From Mobula hypostoma (lineage: Eukaryota): a DNA stretch of 64,000 nt. The notes below the pieces were generated by a model. It was not told where the DNA came from and made no database searches. It worked only from the letters and a program-made list of their open reading frames with translations. The position numbers and the translations under genes were made by a program. This document shows, piece after piece, positions 22,691-36,362 of this stretch. The stretch spans positions 38,132,001-38,196,000 of the forward strand of contig NC_086109.1 in the NCBI RefSeq assembly GCF_963921235.1, in the 5' to 3' direction. Within the stretch, counting starts at the first letter, position 1, and each line of letters begins with the position of its first letter.

Positions 22691-25600
22691 GTACAATTTG
22701 ACCAGAATGGATCCAGCAGGCCCCGGTCATCTGAGAGCTGCCCTGGAACAACAGGGAATGATGCTGGGGAGACACCAGAACCAGCTGGACTCCACGTTCA
22801 GGACAGTGGGGTCACTTTCTGCCAATGTAGCCGCTCTTGTGGCCCAGACTCAGTCACTCCAGCCATCCGAGAGCGCCTATCAACATTCTGCGACTGCATC
22901 TTCCTCGCTCACTCCTCCTGTCCAAGAGCCCCATCTGCCTCCTCCAGAGAAATACTCTTTTCTTTTCCAGTGCACTCTTATTTCTGAATTGCAACCAACA
23001 ATCCTTCTGACTGATGAAGCCAAGGGGGCCTACGTCATCACCCAACCGTCTGGTCAGGTGAGAGAATGGGGAACAGACGTCTGGAAGGCAGACTCACCTT
23101 TCTGCTTCACTTTTCAGTTATTTTCTGAGGAGATGAGAAAAATGTTTGATTGTTCCAAACATGGGAGAGAGGCTGCCTGTGAAATGCTGCACCTGCTCCA
23201 GGGGCTTAGATCTGTGTCAGATTACTCCATAGAGTTCCGGACCCTAGCCACCTCCAGCGGCTGGAACTCAGAGGCACAGTACAACACCTTCCTGAACGGC
23301 CTCTCCGAAGACACTAAAGATGAGGTGGTCACCCAGGACCTTCCGGCCACCTTCAAAGCCCTAGTGGATTTGGCCATCTGTATTGATGTTCTCCTTCAGC
23401 AGCGCTGCAGAGGGAGGGGTTCCAGAGGGTCCTTGGGGGCACTGGGTGAGTTCCAAGCTCCTTGTCAGTCTACATTGCCCTGCTATTTTCCCCCCATATA
23501 CAATTCCCACTCCAGAGCTCGAGGCTGTGCATGTTGACTGTACCCACTTGACGCCGACTGAAAGACAAAGGAAAATCAGCACCCATTCCTGTCTGTACTT
23601 TGGCCAACCAGACCACCTCATCTCCACTTGCCCAGTAAAATTTAAGTGCTCACCAGTAGGATGAAGAGTACTGGTGAGCGTGACCCCTGTCCGGCTCTCC
23701 TCGACACCACTCACTCTCATACCTGCTTCTCTGGAATGAGACATCCAACAGCGAGCAGTCTCCGTCTTGGTTGATTCTGGCACAGAGGGGTGTTTTATCA
23801 ATTCCGGCTTGGCTACCCGGTGGGGATTACTCATGTCTGCTCTCCAGTCACCATTGATGGCCAGTGCCTTGAATGGTCAGAGATTGACTAACATCACCCA
23901 TGTCACGGCCCCAGTGGGTCTCAGTATATCCGGCAAGAATCATGAACAGTTAATCCTTTATGCTGTTGACTCTCCTATTGTTCTGGGACATCCCTGGTTA
24001 GTTAAACACAACCCCCACATTGACTGGCTCAGTCACAAGTTTGTAGTCTGGAGCCCATTCTGTCACTCCCACTGCCTCCATCATGCTCGGATCCCCTTAT
24101 CTCCAAGCCCATATCCCCCTGAGGAATTTCCGGACCTTAGTACCATCCCTCCTGAATACATGGACCTCAAGGCTGTGTTCAGCAGGTCCCGGGCCACTTC
24201 CCCACTGCCTCATCGTCCATATGATTGCGCCATAGACCTCTTGCCTGGCACATCTCCCTCAAGGGGCCTCCTGTATTCCCTAACCGCACCTGAAACAGAA
24301 GCCATGAGTAAATATATTCAAGTGTCTCTGGCTGCAGGCATCTTCCAGCCGTCTTCCTCCCCTGCTGGTGCCAGTTTTTTCTTTGTTGAAAAGAAGGACG
24401 GCTCCTTACGTCCATGCATTGATTACCAGGGACTGAATGAAGTCACTGTTAAGAACCGTTACCCTCTTCTGCTCATGACCTCGGCATTTGAACTACTACG
24501 AGGCGCCTCAGTTTTCACCAAGCTAGATCTCCGTAATGCCTACCATCTTGTCTGCATCTGCAAAGGGGACAAGTGGAAAATGCCCTTCAACGCCACATTA
24601 AGCCTTTACGAGTATTTAGTCACGTCATTCGGTCTCACCGTTGCCCCCGCCGTCTTCCAAGCCCTGGTAAATGACGTTCTCAGGGACATCTGAACCAATT
24701 TATTTTCGTGTATCTCGATGACATTTCGATTTTTTTTCTAAGACCCTTGCTGAACACAAAGGTCACGTCCGCAGAGTTTTCCAGCACCTTCTGGAGAACC
24801 AGCTCTTTGTGAAGGTTGAGAAATGTGAGTTTTATTGCAATACAGTCTTCTTCCTGGGGTATGTAATTTCAGGTGGTTCCATTCAGAAGGACCAACAGAA
24901 GGGCAAGACGGTGGTCGAATGGCCGCAACCTTCGACCCGTCGAGAGTTGCAACGCTTCTTGGGCTTTTTAGCTTCTATCGCCGCTTCAGCAGAAATTACA
25001 GTACACTGGCTGCGCCACTCACTGCTCTTACCTCATCGGCTGTCAGATTCTCCTGGTCCCCTGCTGCTGAAAAAGCATTCTCTGACCTGAAGAAATGTTT
25101 CACCTCTGCCCTCATCCTGATTCAACCTGACACCAACTGGCAGTTGATTGTGGAGGTGGACACATCTGACATTGGCGTAGGAGCTTTTCTCTCTTAGTGC
25201 TCAGCCAAGGATGAGAAGGTCCACCCCTGCACCTTCTTTTCTCACCACCTCACTCCTACGGAGCGGAATTACGATGTCGGAAACCAGGAGCTGCTGGCTG
25301 TGGAGCTAGCTCTGGAGGAGTGGAGGCATTGGCTGGAGGGAGCCAAGGTGCCATTCTTAGTCTGGATAGATCACAAGAATCTGGAATATATCCATACTGC
25401 CAAGCATCTCAGCTCCCGTCAAGCTTGTTGGTCCCTGTTTTTCTCAAGATTCAATTTTGCTCTGTCCTTCCACCCTGGTTCCAAGAATGGAAAACCTGAT
25501 GCCCTTTCCCGAAGATTTCTCTCCTCTGAGACCCCTGAGGTCCCCAATGTCATCCTCTCTGCTCGCTGCCTTGTGGGTGCAGCGCAATGGGACATTGAAT

Positions 25601-26930
25601 CCATTGTGCAAGCTGCTCAACAGAGCGAGGCAGCCCCTAGTCAATGCCCCACTAACCTTGTTTATGTTCCCAGCTCTGTCCACTCACAGTGGGGTCATTC
25701 TTCCTGGTTATCCTGTCACCCTTGAACCAAGCATAGTCAGGTCTTCATCAGTTGGCAGCTCTGGTGGCCCTCCATGGGAGCTGACATCCGCAACTTTGTC
25801 TCAGCCTGCTGGTCTGTTACAACCCCTGTCTATCCCCAAGGGTCCCTGGTCCCACATGGTCCTGGATTTTGTCACTGGTCTTCCCCCATCAGATGGTAAC
25901 ACCACCATTCTCACAGTAGTTGATCGTTTCTCCAAGCCTGTACACTTCATTCCGTCACCTAAACTCCCCTCGGCCAAAGAAACTGCCAAATTACTAGTAC
26001 TGCATGTTTTTAAATTACATGGATGACCTGTAGATGTGTCAGACAGGGGCTCTCAATTCACATCCAACTTCTGGAGGACATTCTGTAATGTTCTGGGTGC
26101 CTCTGTGAGTCTGTCTTCAGGATTCCACCCACAGACCAATGGCCAGACCGAGCGGGCCAACCAACAGCTGGAGACTGTGTTACGGAGTCTGGTCTCCCAG
26201 AACCCCTCTGCATGGAGTCAGCAGCTACCCTGGGTTGAGTACACCATAAACTCTCATCCGTCCTCATCGACCGGTCTGTCCCCCTTTGAGTGCTGCCTTG
26301 GCTACCAACCTCCACTGTTTCCTGCTCAGGAGGAGGAGGTTGGCGTTCCATCTGTTGAGACATTCATCTATTGTTGTCAGCGGACATGGAGGCCCACTCG
26401 CTCTGCCCTTCTCCGTGCCTCTACTAGGATCAAGTGTCAAGCTGACTGCCATCGCTCCAAGGCCCCATTTTACTGCCAGGGACAGCATGTGTGGCTTTCA
26501 ACCCGATTTGCCCTTCAAGGTGGATTCCCGCAAGCTTCATTGGCCCCTTTCCCATTGCTAAAGTCATCAGCCCTGCTGCCATCCATCTCAGGCTCCCCTC
26601 CACTCTCTGCTGCATTCATCCCACCTTCCATGTGTCCCGCATCAAGCCTTTCATGAGGCATCCTGTGTCCTGTCCTCAAACCCTCCCCTCCCCCACTGCT
26701 CATCGATGGGTCAGAGGCCTTCATGGTGCGTCAACTACTGGACGTTCGTCACCGGGGCCGTGGCCTGCAGTACCTTGTGGACTGGGAGAGCTACGGTGCT
26801 GAGGAGAGGTGCTGGGTCATCGGCCGTAACATCCTGGACCCCTCTCTCATCAGGGACTTTCATCGTCAGAACCCAGCTCTACCTGCCGTAAAGGAAGGAG
26901 GTGTCCATGGGGGGGGGGGGGGGATGGTAC

Positions 26931-27556
26931 TGTCAGTACCACCAGTCGAACTTTGTCTTTTTGTGTGTTTTCCTCCTAGCTGTCAGTCTGTGGTTTTGTA
27001 TTTCCATGTGCTCTTGTTTGTTTTCATGCTCCATGTGCTCCTGTCCCTGCTCCTGCCCTACTCCGGCCCCTGTATTACTGAGTATTCTGCCTCTCACCTG
27101 TTTCTCATTATTACCTGTTTTGCTGTCTCATTGTGCTCCACCTGTCATCTGTCTCTCTGTTTACTGCTCAGTGTACTTCAGTCCTGTGTTTTCATCTGTT
27201 TCTTGCCAGATTGTGCTCGTGAGTTTTCCTGAGACTTCCCAGCATTTGTATCTGTACTCTGTCCATCTGAATATTGACTCTGCCTGTTTCCTGATTCTGG
27301 TTTTTGGATTTCTCTGGATATTTTGATCTCTGCCTGAACTTTGACACTGACTTTGTCTGCACCTTGGGATTGTGCTCTGTCTGTCTGAATATTGACTCTG
27401 AATATTGATTCTGGGTTTTGGATTTCTCTGGATGTTTTGATCTCTGCCTGAACTTTGATGCTAACTTTGTTTGCACCTCCGAATTTGTTACTCAATTAAT
27501 ATCACTGTGTGCACAGGACTGGGTCTGGACTGGATCCCTGCTCCAGTGTCCTGACA
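26931..27556 (+). repeat. 3' LTR (626 bp; TGTCA...TGACA) with an internal ~100-bp duplication
   Basis: Direct repeat of 22159-22690. The block gattctgg..tttggatttctctggat.ttttgatctctgcctgaactttga occurs twice. Confidence 0.9.
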
Positions 27557-28464
27557 GGGTAGGTTCAAAAGGGGTGTGAGGGGTAAATATTTTTCTCAGA
27601 ATGGTGGATGCCTGGAACATATGGTGGTAGAGGCAAAAGCATTACAGGCTTTTAAGTGACATTTGGATAGACACATGGATGTAAGGAAGATAGAGGGATA
27701 TGGATATCATGTAGGTATTTGTGATTAGTATTTGGGTGGTTTTGATTTGCTGTTTAGCTGGTTCAGTACAACATTATGGGCCAGGTGTCCTGTTCCTGTG
27801 TTGTATTGTTCTATATTCTGTTTATTTATCTCCATGGATTCTATCTGCCCTACTGAGTTCCTCCAGCATTTTGTGTGTATTAAAAAGAAATCAGGATTAC
27901 TATGAAGGGAGAGGAGAAAGTGAGAACCAGATTCTAATACTTTCCACAACTTTTGGGTCAGAATTGTTTGAAGCAGGAGGATTAAGGATGTGGGTGTCAT
28001 CACTATTAATCTCACTAACAATGCAATTTCAATAATGCACCTTCCTGTGCTGATCCCCAATCTCTCCATAGAGTCAGGGGTGGTGCTCTTCCAGCTTCTT
28101 CTGCTTCACACTGCGATTTGTCACCTGTTCTGTAGATAACAGTGAAGTGTGCCACTGACCATGGAGTCTGTCTGGTGATAGGTAGCAGAAGTGGATCAGT
28201 AGGCAATGTTAGTAAGCTGTGAGTTCCGGTATGAATCTTACAACAGTGTCAAGCGTGGGGGAATAGAGTTACATATATGAATAGTAAAGATGAGTATTGA
28301 TTGATATGATTCAATAGGTGAGTTATGAGTATGTAATGAATTGTCTAGCAGACAAAATTAATTGAACTATCATATACTCTAATATGGTTGTAAACAAAGT
28401 TACTGTGTATAATGATGACAAAATATATGAATACCCAAAATAAATATCTAATTTCTAGCTTCTT

Positions 28465-28830
28465 GAACCTCTTTGGTGACACATGGAAACTGAACTCCTT
28501 TTGGACTCGGACTGAACTACAGAGGACAGGGAGATGGTCCAGTCCCTGCACTCACGTGGACACACTGGTGTGTGCACATGCCATGGTGATTGTGAACCAG
28601 ATCCCCAGCTATGGGTAAATAGCCCCACTGCTTTGTGGGCAGCCTTGGGAGAGACGAAGGCAATAGGAGTAAACCCAGAGAGCAAATCTGGAGTGGAGCC
28701 CCTAAGGCAGCTGGACATCATTAAACATCCTTCTGGCAGCTCCTGCAGCCAAACAGGTGCCAGATGTATTGCTTCATAAGCTTTCTTTTGGACTACACTG
28801 GTGAGGCCAAGAGGGGGATCTTGATGACTG
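28465..28830 (+). mobile_element. RTE-like 5' UTR fragment with a relic HDV-like ribozyme 3' half
   Basis: Colinear with the minus strand of ~13520-13860; shared ACACA.GGAAACTG..ACTACAG.GG, AAATAGCCCCACTGC.TTGTGG and GGCAGC..CTGCAGCCAA. Confidence 0.65.
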
Positions 28831-29091
28831 GGCACCTCAGGATCTCCATACCTTCCACACAGGCTTGCGGTGTTCATCACCCATTGTCCTTCAAGACAGA
28901 CAGATACCAACAACCAAACCTCCTTGATACCTACAAAACAGAAGGGTGTACCCCAGATGAAGCCATAGAAAGGCTTGACAAGGTAGTATGCTTCCTCTCA
29001 TGGTGAAGCCCAAAACTAGTATTTCAGCGAAGGAGTATACTCAAGTTAGGAAGGATGGGGAAGAATTTCTCCATTTCCTCTCTCCTGCCAA

Positions 29092-29828
29092 CAGGTTGGA
29101 GGCTACCCAGCTGGAATATAAGGTCATCCTTCCAGGTGAGGCAACACTTCAGCTGTGAGTCGGCTGGGGTGATATACTGCGTCCAGTGCTCCTGATGTGG
29201 CCTTTTATATATTGGCGAGACCCGACGCAGACCGGGAGATCATTTCGCTGAACACCTACGGTCTGTCCGCTAGAGAAAACAGGATCTCCCAGTGGCCACA
29301 CATTTTAATTCCACATCCCATTCTCATGCTGATATGTCTATCCACGGCCTCCTCTACTGAAAAGATGAAGCCACAGTCAGGTTGGAGGAACAACACCTTA
29401 TATTCGGTCTGGGTAGCCTTCAACCTGATGGCATGAACATTGACTTCTCTAACTTCTGCTTATGCCCCACCTCCCCCTTGTATCCCCTCTGTTATTTATT
29501 TATATACACACATTCTTTTTCTCTCACTCTCCTTTTTCTCCCTCTGTCCCTCTCACTATACCCCTTGCCCATCCTCTGGGTTCCCTCCCCCCTTCTCCCT
29601 AGGCCTCCTGTCCCATGATCCTCTCATATCCCTTTTGCCAATCACCTGCCCAGCTCTTGGCTCCATCCCTCCCCTTCCTGTCTTCTCCTATCATTTTGGA
29701 TCTCCCCCTCCCCTTCCCTCTCCCACTTTCAGTCCTGACAAAGGGTCTCGGCCCGAAACGTCGACTGTACCTCTTCCTAGAGATGCTGCCTGGCCTACTG
29801 CGTTCACCAGCAACTTTTATGTGTGTTG
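29092..29828 (+). mobile_element. Penelope-like 3' fragment with a short 5' inversion and a mutated hammerhead (29730-29767)
   Basis: Colinear with 16345-17165. Core reads CTGACAA. 29092-29123 is a minus-strand Penelope piece. Confidence 0.88.
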
Positions 29829-30694
29829 TATAGAAAATGTTCTATGAATAGACATTGGAAAGTAGGAGATAAGCTCACCAGGAAACAGACATGAAACTGA
29901 AATGCTTCTATAATTGTCATGATCTTTTATCATATGAGATTACAGAGGGTTCAGGCAGATCAGCTGAAAGGAAAGATTTTGAGCTTCATGTTGAAGATAA
30001 AATAATCAGGATGAAAACCTTTACAAAAAGCTTTGGTTTTCACCCTCACAGTGATGATAATTTTATTTTGATAAATTAATGGTTTCTCAAAGTGGACTGA
30101 AATAAAACGTGGGTTATTGTATTATTATGAAACTTAAATACAATTGAAATGAATTTTATATATACATGTCACACCTTACCTGAAGAGCACTTTGTTACCA
30201 ATTGCCCTCAATTTTGACTTATTCTGCTTGATATTTCCATGAAAAGGATTGGGATGAACTTATTCCCTCTTTCTTAGTACCCGGCTTCAAAAATTGGAGC
30301 TTCAGTCAAAATAATTAACAAAGTTTTCAAGGAAATATTTTAGAGGTGTTAAAGGTTCAGTATGAACATCTTCGCTAATTTTCCACTTCATTACAAAACA
30401 AACGCACATCACCATGGGGTACACACCTGCAAATCCTTTGAAGATTGAAGACATTCTCGAGCCATGTTGGACTAAATTCAGCCTCTGAAGTTGAACAGAA
30501 GGAACTGAATCAAAAAATGCCACTGTGACGTTAATCAGAAGGAATACTGTTTTAAGAAAAACAAGTTCTTGTTTCTAGCCCCCCCAGTGCCCCCACCTCA
30601 ACAAGTTGAGTTCATATAAGAGAAAGGTAGAAGCCACAGTGGATATTTGCCAAATCCTTAGAAATATTTTGTTAAAATTAATTCTGATAAAGAG

Positions 30695-32036
30695 TCATAG
30701 AACATAGAATAGTACAGCACATTACAGGCCATTCGTCCCACAATGCTGTGCCGACCCTCAAACCCTGCCTCCCATATAAGCCCCCACCTTAGATTCCTCC
30801 ATATACCTGTCTAGTTGTCTCTTAAACTTCACTAGTGTATCTGCCTCCACCACTGACTCAGGCAGTGCATTCCACGCACCGACCACTCTCTGAGTAAAAA
30901 ACCTTCCTCTAATATCCCCCTTGAACTTCCCACCCCTTACCTTAAAGCCATGTCCTCTTGTATTGAGCAGTGGTGCCCTGAGGAAGAGGTGCTGGCTATC
31001 CACTCTATCCATTCCTCTTATTATCTTGTACACCTCTATCATGTGTCCTCTCATCCTCCTCCTCTCTAGAGAGTAAAGTCCTAGCTCCCTTAATCTCTGA
31101 TCATAATGCATACTCTCTAAACCAGGCAGCATCCTGGTAAATCTCCTCTGTACCCTTTCCAATGCTTCCACATCCTTCCTGTAGTGAGGCGAGCAGAACT
31201 GGGCACAGTACTCCAAGTGTGGCCTAACCAGAGTTTTATAGAGCTGCATCATTACATCAAGACTCTTAAACTCTATCCCTCAATTTATGAAAGCTAACAC
31301 CCATAAGCTTTCTTAACTACCCCTATCTACCTGTGAGGCAACTTTCAGGGATCTGTGTACTTGTACCCCCAGATCCCTCTGCTCCTCCACACTACCAAGT
31401 ACCCTGCCATTTACTTTGTACTCTGCCTTGGAGTTTGTCCTTCCAAAGTGTACCACCTCACACTTCTCCGAGTTGAACTCCATCTGCCACTTCTCAGCCC
31501 ACTTCTGCATCCTATCAGTGTCTCTCTGCAACCTTCGACAATCCTCTACACTATCTACAGCACCACCAACCTTTGTATCATCTGCAAACTTGCCAGCCCA
31601 CCCTTCTACCCCCACATCCAGGTCGTTAATGAAAATCATGAAAGGTAGAGGTTCCAGAACAGATCCTTGTGGGGCACCACTAGTCACAACCCTCCAATCT
31701 GAATGTACTCCCTCCACCATGACCCTCTGCCTTCTGCAGGCAAGCCAATTCTGAATCCACCTGGCCAAACTTCCCTGGATCCCATGCCTTCTGACTTTCT
31801 GAATAAGCCTACCGTGTGGAACCTTGTCAAATGCCTTACTAAAATCAATGTAGATCACATCAACTACACTACCCTCATCTATATGCCTGGTCACCTCCTC
31901 AAAGAACTCTATCAGGCTTGTTAGACACGATCTGCCCTTCACAAAGCCATGCTGACTGTCCCTGATCAGACCATGATTCTCTAAGAATCCTATCTCTAAG
32001 AACCTTTTCCAACAGCTTTCCCACCACAGATGTAAG
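30695..32036 (-). mobile_element. CR1 LINE, 5'-truncated (RT and C-terminus)
   Basis: ORF 31313-32071 (SQHGFVKGRSCLTSL, DFSKAFDKVPH, KFADDTK) and ORF 30758-31252; tail catagaacatagaa. Confidence 0.93.
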
Positions 32037-32444
32037 GAATGGAGTCGTGATTCAAAACATTGCCTGTCCATTTCCCTTCACAGTTGCTTCTTGATCCATT
32101 GATATTCACATTCTCTTCAGAGCTTATCGTCATGATTTATAATTCGGAAAGCACATAATATTTAGTGCGTATGTGAGAAGCTATACAGTCAGTTGATATG
32201 TAAACCACAGAGATCCATTGAATTGATACCAGTTTTAGAAAACTGGTTCACATCAATTAACATGTTACACAATATAGACATGCACTTGAATAGTGTTCCT
32301 TGTCAAGATGACCTCTTCCCAAATGCTGTCTGCAGGCACAGTTTTATCCAAAGAACTGAGCTGGAGTGGTCTGTAAATTAGTTTCTTCACTAAGTAATTG
32401 GTCCTGTCTTAAGATGGATTTTGTGAATATGACAGGTTTTCGTA

Positions 32445-32905
32445 CAGTACTGTGCTGAAGTCTTAGGCACAAATATACATATATAGCTAGGGTGCATAAT
32501 ACTTTTGCATGGGAGTGGTATGGGACAGGTGGCAGTGAGGGAGTGTCATGGGTGGAGGTGGCAAGGGTGCAGACACACTCAGCCCTGGCACACCAGCCAA
32601 TGTCATTTGATTCCAGCCAATCGGTTTATTGATCATTACTGAACGCCTCTCTGGTGCTTCTGGCCTCCTCCCCTCTTCCTTCCCCTTTGCCCAACCATGA
32701 TGCCTCTCTCCTGCCACCTTGCCAATCTCAATTCACAATCCAGACCCAGCATCAGAATCCGGTTTATCATCACTCACATATGTCATGAACTTTGTTTTTT
32801 TTTTGGTAATAGCAGTACAGTACAATACATAAAATTACTGCGGTACTGTGCAGGTGTTGTACGCACTCTAGCTATATATATCTCTCTAAGAATTTTGCAC
32901 AGTAC
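32445..32905. mobile_element. Composite Tc1-like MITE; reverse-orientation relative of 42212-42729
   Basis: TA followed by CAGTACTGTGC..AAGTCTTAGGCAC; a palindromic mini-unit at each end; internal sequence is the reverse complement of the 42.2-42.7 kb copy. Confidence 0.65.
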
Positions 32906-33199
32906 AAATGGCCCAGGAATCTATAGATTGCACCTTTTCAGAGCTTAACTATGCTTGCCAACTGGGAAAGATCCATTTGAATTTTATCTTCATACTTTTC
33001 TAAACCCCAGAGTGCATACATCTCGACTGCTTAACCTCTCCTCACAGGACAATCCCAGCCATGATTATAGTTGAATTTTAATCTCATATCCAAGTCTCTC
33101 CTTCAAGACATGGAGTGTGGAATTTGTATCACTGGCTGATTCTAGAAATTACAAACCATCAATCAGAGCAGAGGAAAGAATTGGATGGCCAGTACCTTC

Positions 33200-33800
33200 A
33201 GAATCCAAATTAAGTTTATTATCACAAATATATGTCATGAAATTTGTTTTCCTTTGTGGCAGCAGTACAGTACAACACATAAAAACAATAAGTTACAATA
33301 AAAAATATAAAAAGTAAATCAGTCATGCAGAAAGAGAGCAAAGTGAGATGGTGTTCATGGCTCATAATCTGGTTAGAAATCTGATTGCGGAGGGGACGAA
33401 GCTGTTCCTAATACGTTCAGTATGTGTCTTCAGTTATGGTAGCAATGAGAAGAGGTGAGGTGGTGAGGATCCTCGATGATGGATACCAGCTTCTTGAGAC
33501 ATCATCGTTAGAAGGTGCCCTTGATGGTGGGAGGCTGGTGTCCATGGTGGAGCTGGCTGTATTTACAACCCACTGCAGGTCTTTGTGCTCCCATCCAGTC
33601 AGAATGGTCTCTACAGTACACCTGTAGAAATTTGCTAGAGTCTTTGGTGGCATATCAAATCTCCTCAAATGTTAATGAAATAGAGCTGGAGTGCCTTCTT
33701 CTTAGTTGCATCAACATGTTGAGCACAGGGTCTGTAGACCTGCAGAGATATTGACACCCAAGAACTTGAAGCTCTTTCCACTGCTGGCCCCACAATGAGG
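33200..33800 (-). mobile_element. Degenerate Rex1-like LINE 3' fragment
   Basis: ORF MRRFDMPPKTLANFYRCTVETILTG. Confidence 0.7.
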
Positions 33801-36014
33801 AGTCAGCTTCAATGGCAATGATGTCAGGACATGAACTTCCTGTGTAATATCCACTAGCTCAAGTGGGCATGGCTGCTTATTTAGTCTGCGCCCATATTAT
33901 ATGTCACTATTCAATTTTTCCAGCTACAATTTTAAATTAAACTTAATGTTAGTTTCCATATGACTCATTGCTTGTGCTTCTTGTGTCAATGCATTGAGAA
34001 TAACTAAGAAGCATTTTCCATTTTGTGACCTATGAGTACCTGCTGATTTAATCACTTGTACATAGAGAAATAAACACCGGTGTTGCTGCTTCACATCCCT
34101 GCTAAGTAAGTTCTTTGCACGTGAGATACTTGCATAAATTTTTGGTAAAGTCTTATTTTCCCCTTTTGTAATTAACTTATTATTATTATTATTGGGGGCC
34201 TATTCACAAGGAGTATCTTTTTCTTAGTTCTAGTTTCACGTGAATATCAATGCACTTCTTCAGTTCCGTCTTATTGGATGTGTAAGATGATACTGTATAT
34301 TTGGTCAAAAATGAGGAGACTACTGCAAAACAAGGATGATAACCAATTTTTCCTTGGTAGTACTTGGTATTTAAAATAAATAACTTTTAAAATCTAGCTT
34401 TGTTCACTGTGTGGATTTGTAGCATGCAAATTTGAGGATCCAAAGTAACAAATATAACTGGCTTGCATTTTATAAATCTAAAGTCTTTGAGATGTATAAA
34501 AATAAATTAAATAGAGGGAAAACACAGACTGGCCTGACTGCTTAATAATAACTGGGCAAAAGGGATTGATAAGTCACAGAAGTCAAGGCAGAGGAGTAGG
34601 AAAAATGCTGTCAGATTGGGCAAAGGAATGTGATCGTAGTGGATTGGACAGAGGTTGATGGATAGCAGTCATACAGGTGAAGAGGACCGATGAATATCAG
34701 TACCAAGTTCAGGTAGAGTGACAGCTATGCTTGACTGGAGGGTCAGGTGGACTGGACTGGAGTGGTAGACTGGGCAGGTGGATCGACTAGATAGGGCCGA
34801 CCAGTCTAGTAGAGTATTCAGAGAGCTTTGGATACTAGCTGATGGGTCTGGTGTGGGATCAATAGATATGATAGATCAAGAAGAAGGCTGTGGTAGGTAA
34901 GGTTCAAATTGGGCAGAAGTGTCTGGTAGATAATTAACAGAAAAGATGAAGGATTATGTACACACACAGACACATATACATGTGTGTATACTGTGTATAT
35001 GTATATACACACACAAACCTATGTCTACATATACATTATATATCTATCTACATTTAGAGTATATCTATACTATACATTATCTTTTTATACATATTTATAC
35101 TTGTTAATCACTATTCATTAAATACTTGTAGTTATGGGCTTTAATAGCACATTCAGGTATCTGTACATTCAGCAGCAATGGGCACAAGCTTTCTATATTA
35201 TGAAAGCTCCTAAATCAATAAAATGTTCTATTGCAATGTTAGCCTGAAGGTAAATGCAGCAATCATACTTCAACTTGAATTAACCTTCAGCATGTCACTC
35301 AAGGATGATGCTATTTGCTTTTTATGTGATTCATATATTAAATGTTAACAAATCAGTACTTGTGAGCAGTAAGGTGCAGACATCCAGTATGACCAAACTC
35401 AGCCTTTGTTGTATCCTGTTATATGGTTGTGGTTCTAGTGAGCTGCAGATCTGCCTGCCGTTCATCCCACTTCAGTAACCTCAATGGTACAGCTTTCTGT
35501 GAGATGCTGCCTGATGGTGTTACATCTATTCAAATTACTCCCTGATATGATATCTAATGCAGCTTAAGCAGTGCCAAAATGACAGAACAAAGCCGCATGT
35601 GCTGCGTGTCAATTCTCCGCACAGAGAGTGTGTGAGCAAGCTCTTGCACCACTATTGGATACAGAAACAGCTGTGAGTTCCAAGGATTTTGTTGCCCTAT
35701 TTAGCTGAGGTTACTTCAGTCCACTTGTTGTTAAAATGTATTGAGGAACACTTGGAGCAAACAAAGTCTGTGTAAACATCACATTGATTGAAATATCCAC
35801 ATTTTGTAGTTGGCAACATGTCTCCGCTTGAGAGAGTTGCTTGCACACAGCCTGGCATGCAATGAAATGATTTTTTTTTTGTGTGGCTTCCTTGACAAGC
35901 TATTTCCTTCTTTTTCACCTTACACCCACATGCAAAGTCATGAACAACAATTTCACCCTGGCATCTGTTAAGTCTGCCCATAACTTTATTGCTAAAGAGA
36001 ACCATTACAGTTAT

Positions 36015-36362
36015 TGAGTCATTAAAAAAGTACAGCACAGAAACAGGCCCATCCAGGCCATGCCAAACCATTTAAACTGCCTACTCCCATCGATTTGCAC
36101 TGGGACCATACCCTACCATCCATGTACCTGTCCAAACTTCTCTTAAAGGTTGGAATCAAGCTTGCAGCCACCACTTGAGCCTGCTTGCATTTACCCTTCC
36201 TATACCCCTCATAATTTCATATACTTCTATCAGATCTCCTCTCAATCTTCTATGTTCCAAGGAATAAAATTCTAACCTATTCAATCTTTCCTTATAACTC
36301 AGGTCCTCAAGACCTGGCAACATCTTTGTACATTTTCACTGTACTCTTTCAACGTTATTTAT
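36015..36362 (-). mobile_element. CR1 3' fragment
   Basis: gtacagcacagaaacaggccc and tcagatctcctctcaatcttc match the CR1 3' region. Confidence 0.7.

Larger units (their letters stand above)
22159..27556 (+). mobile_element. Complete, decayed Ty3/Gypsy chromovirus (Sushi/Tf1-like) LTR retrotransposon
   Basis: Two LTRs. Gag with a degenerate zinc knuckle (CLYFGQPDHLISTC), protease VDSG, RT (FFVEKKDGSLRPCIDY, KLDLRNAYH, YLDD at ~24711), RNase H (ALEEWRHWLEG), integrase ([25 protein letters not shown]) and a chromodomain ([17 protein letters not shown]). G-rich PPT at 26909-26930. Several stops and frameshifts. Confidence 0.95.

Noticed and set aside
30278..30314. Possible terminal exon TRLQKLELQSK*
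   Set aside because: Too short, and I found no supportable upstream exons.
34600..35100. Purine-rich quasi-repeat and TA/CA-rich tract
   Set aside because: Low-complexity, decayed satellite-like DNA with no definable unit.
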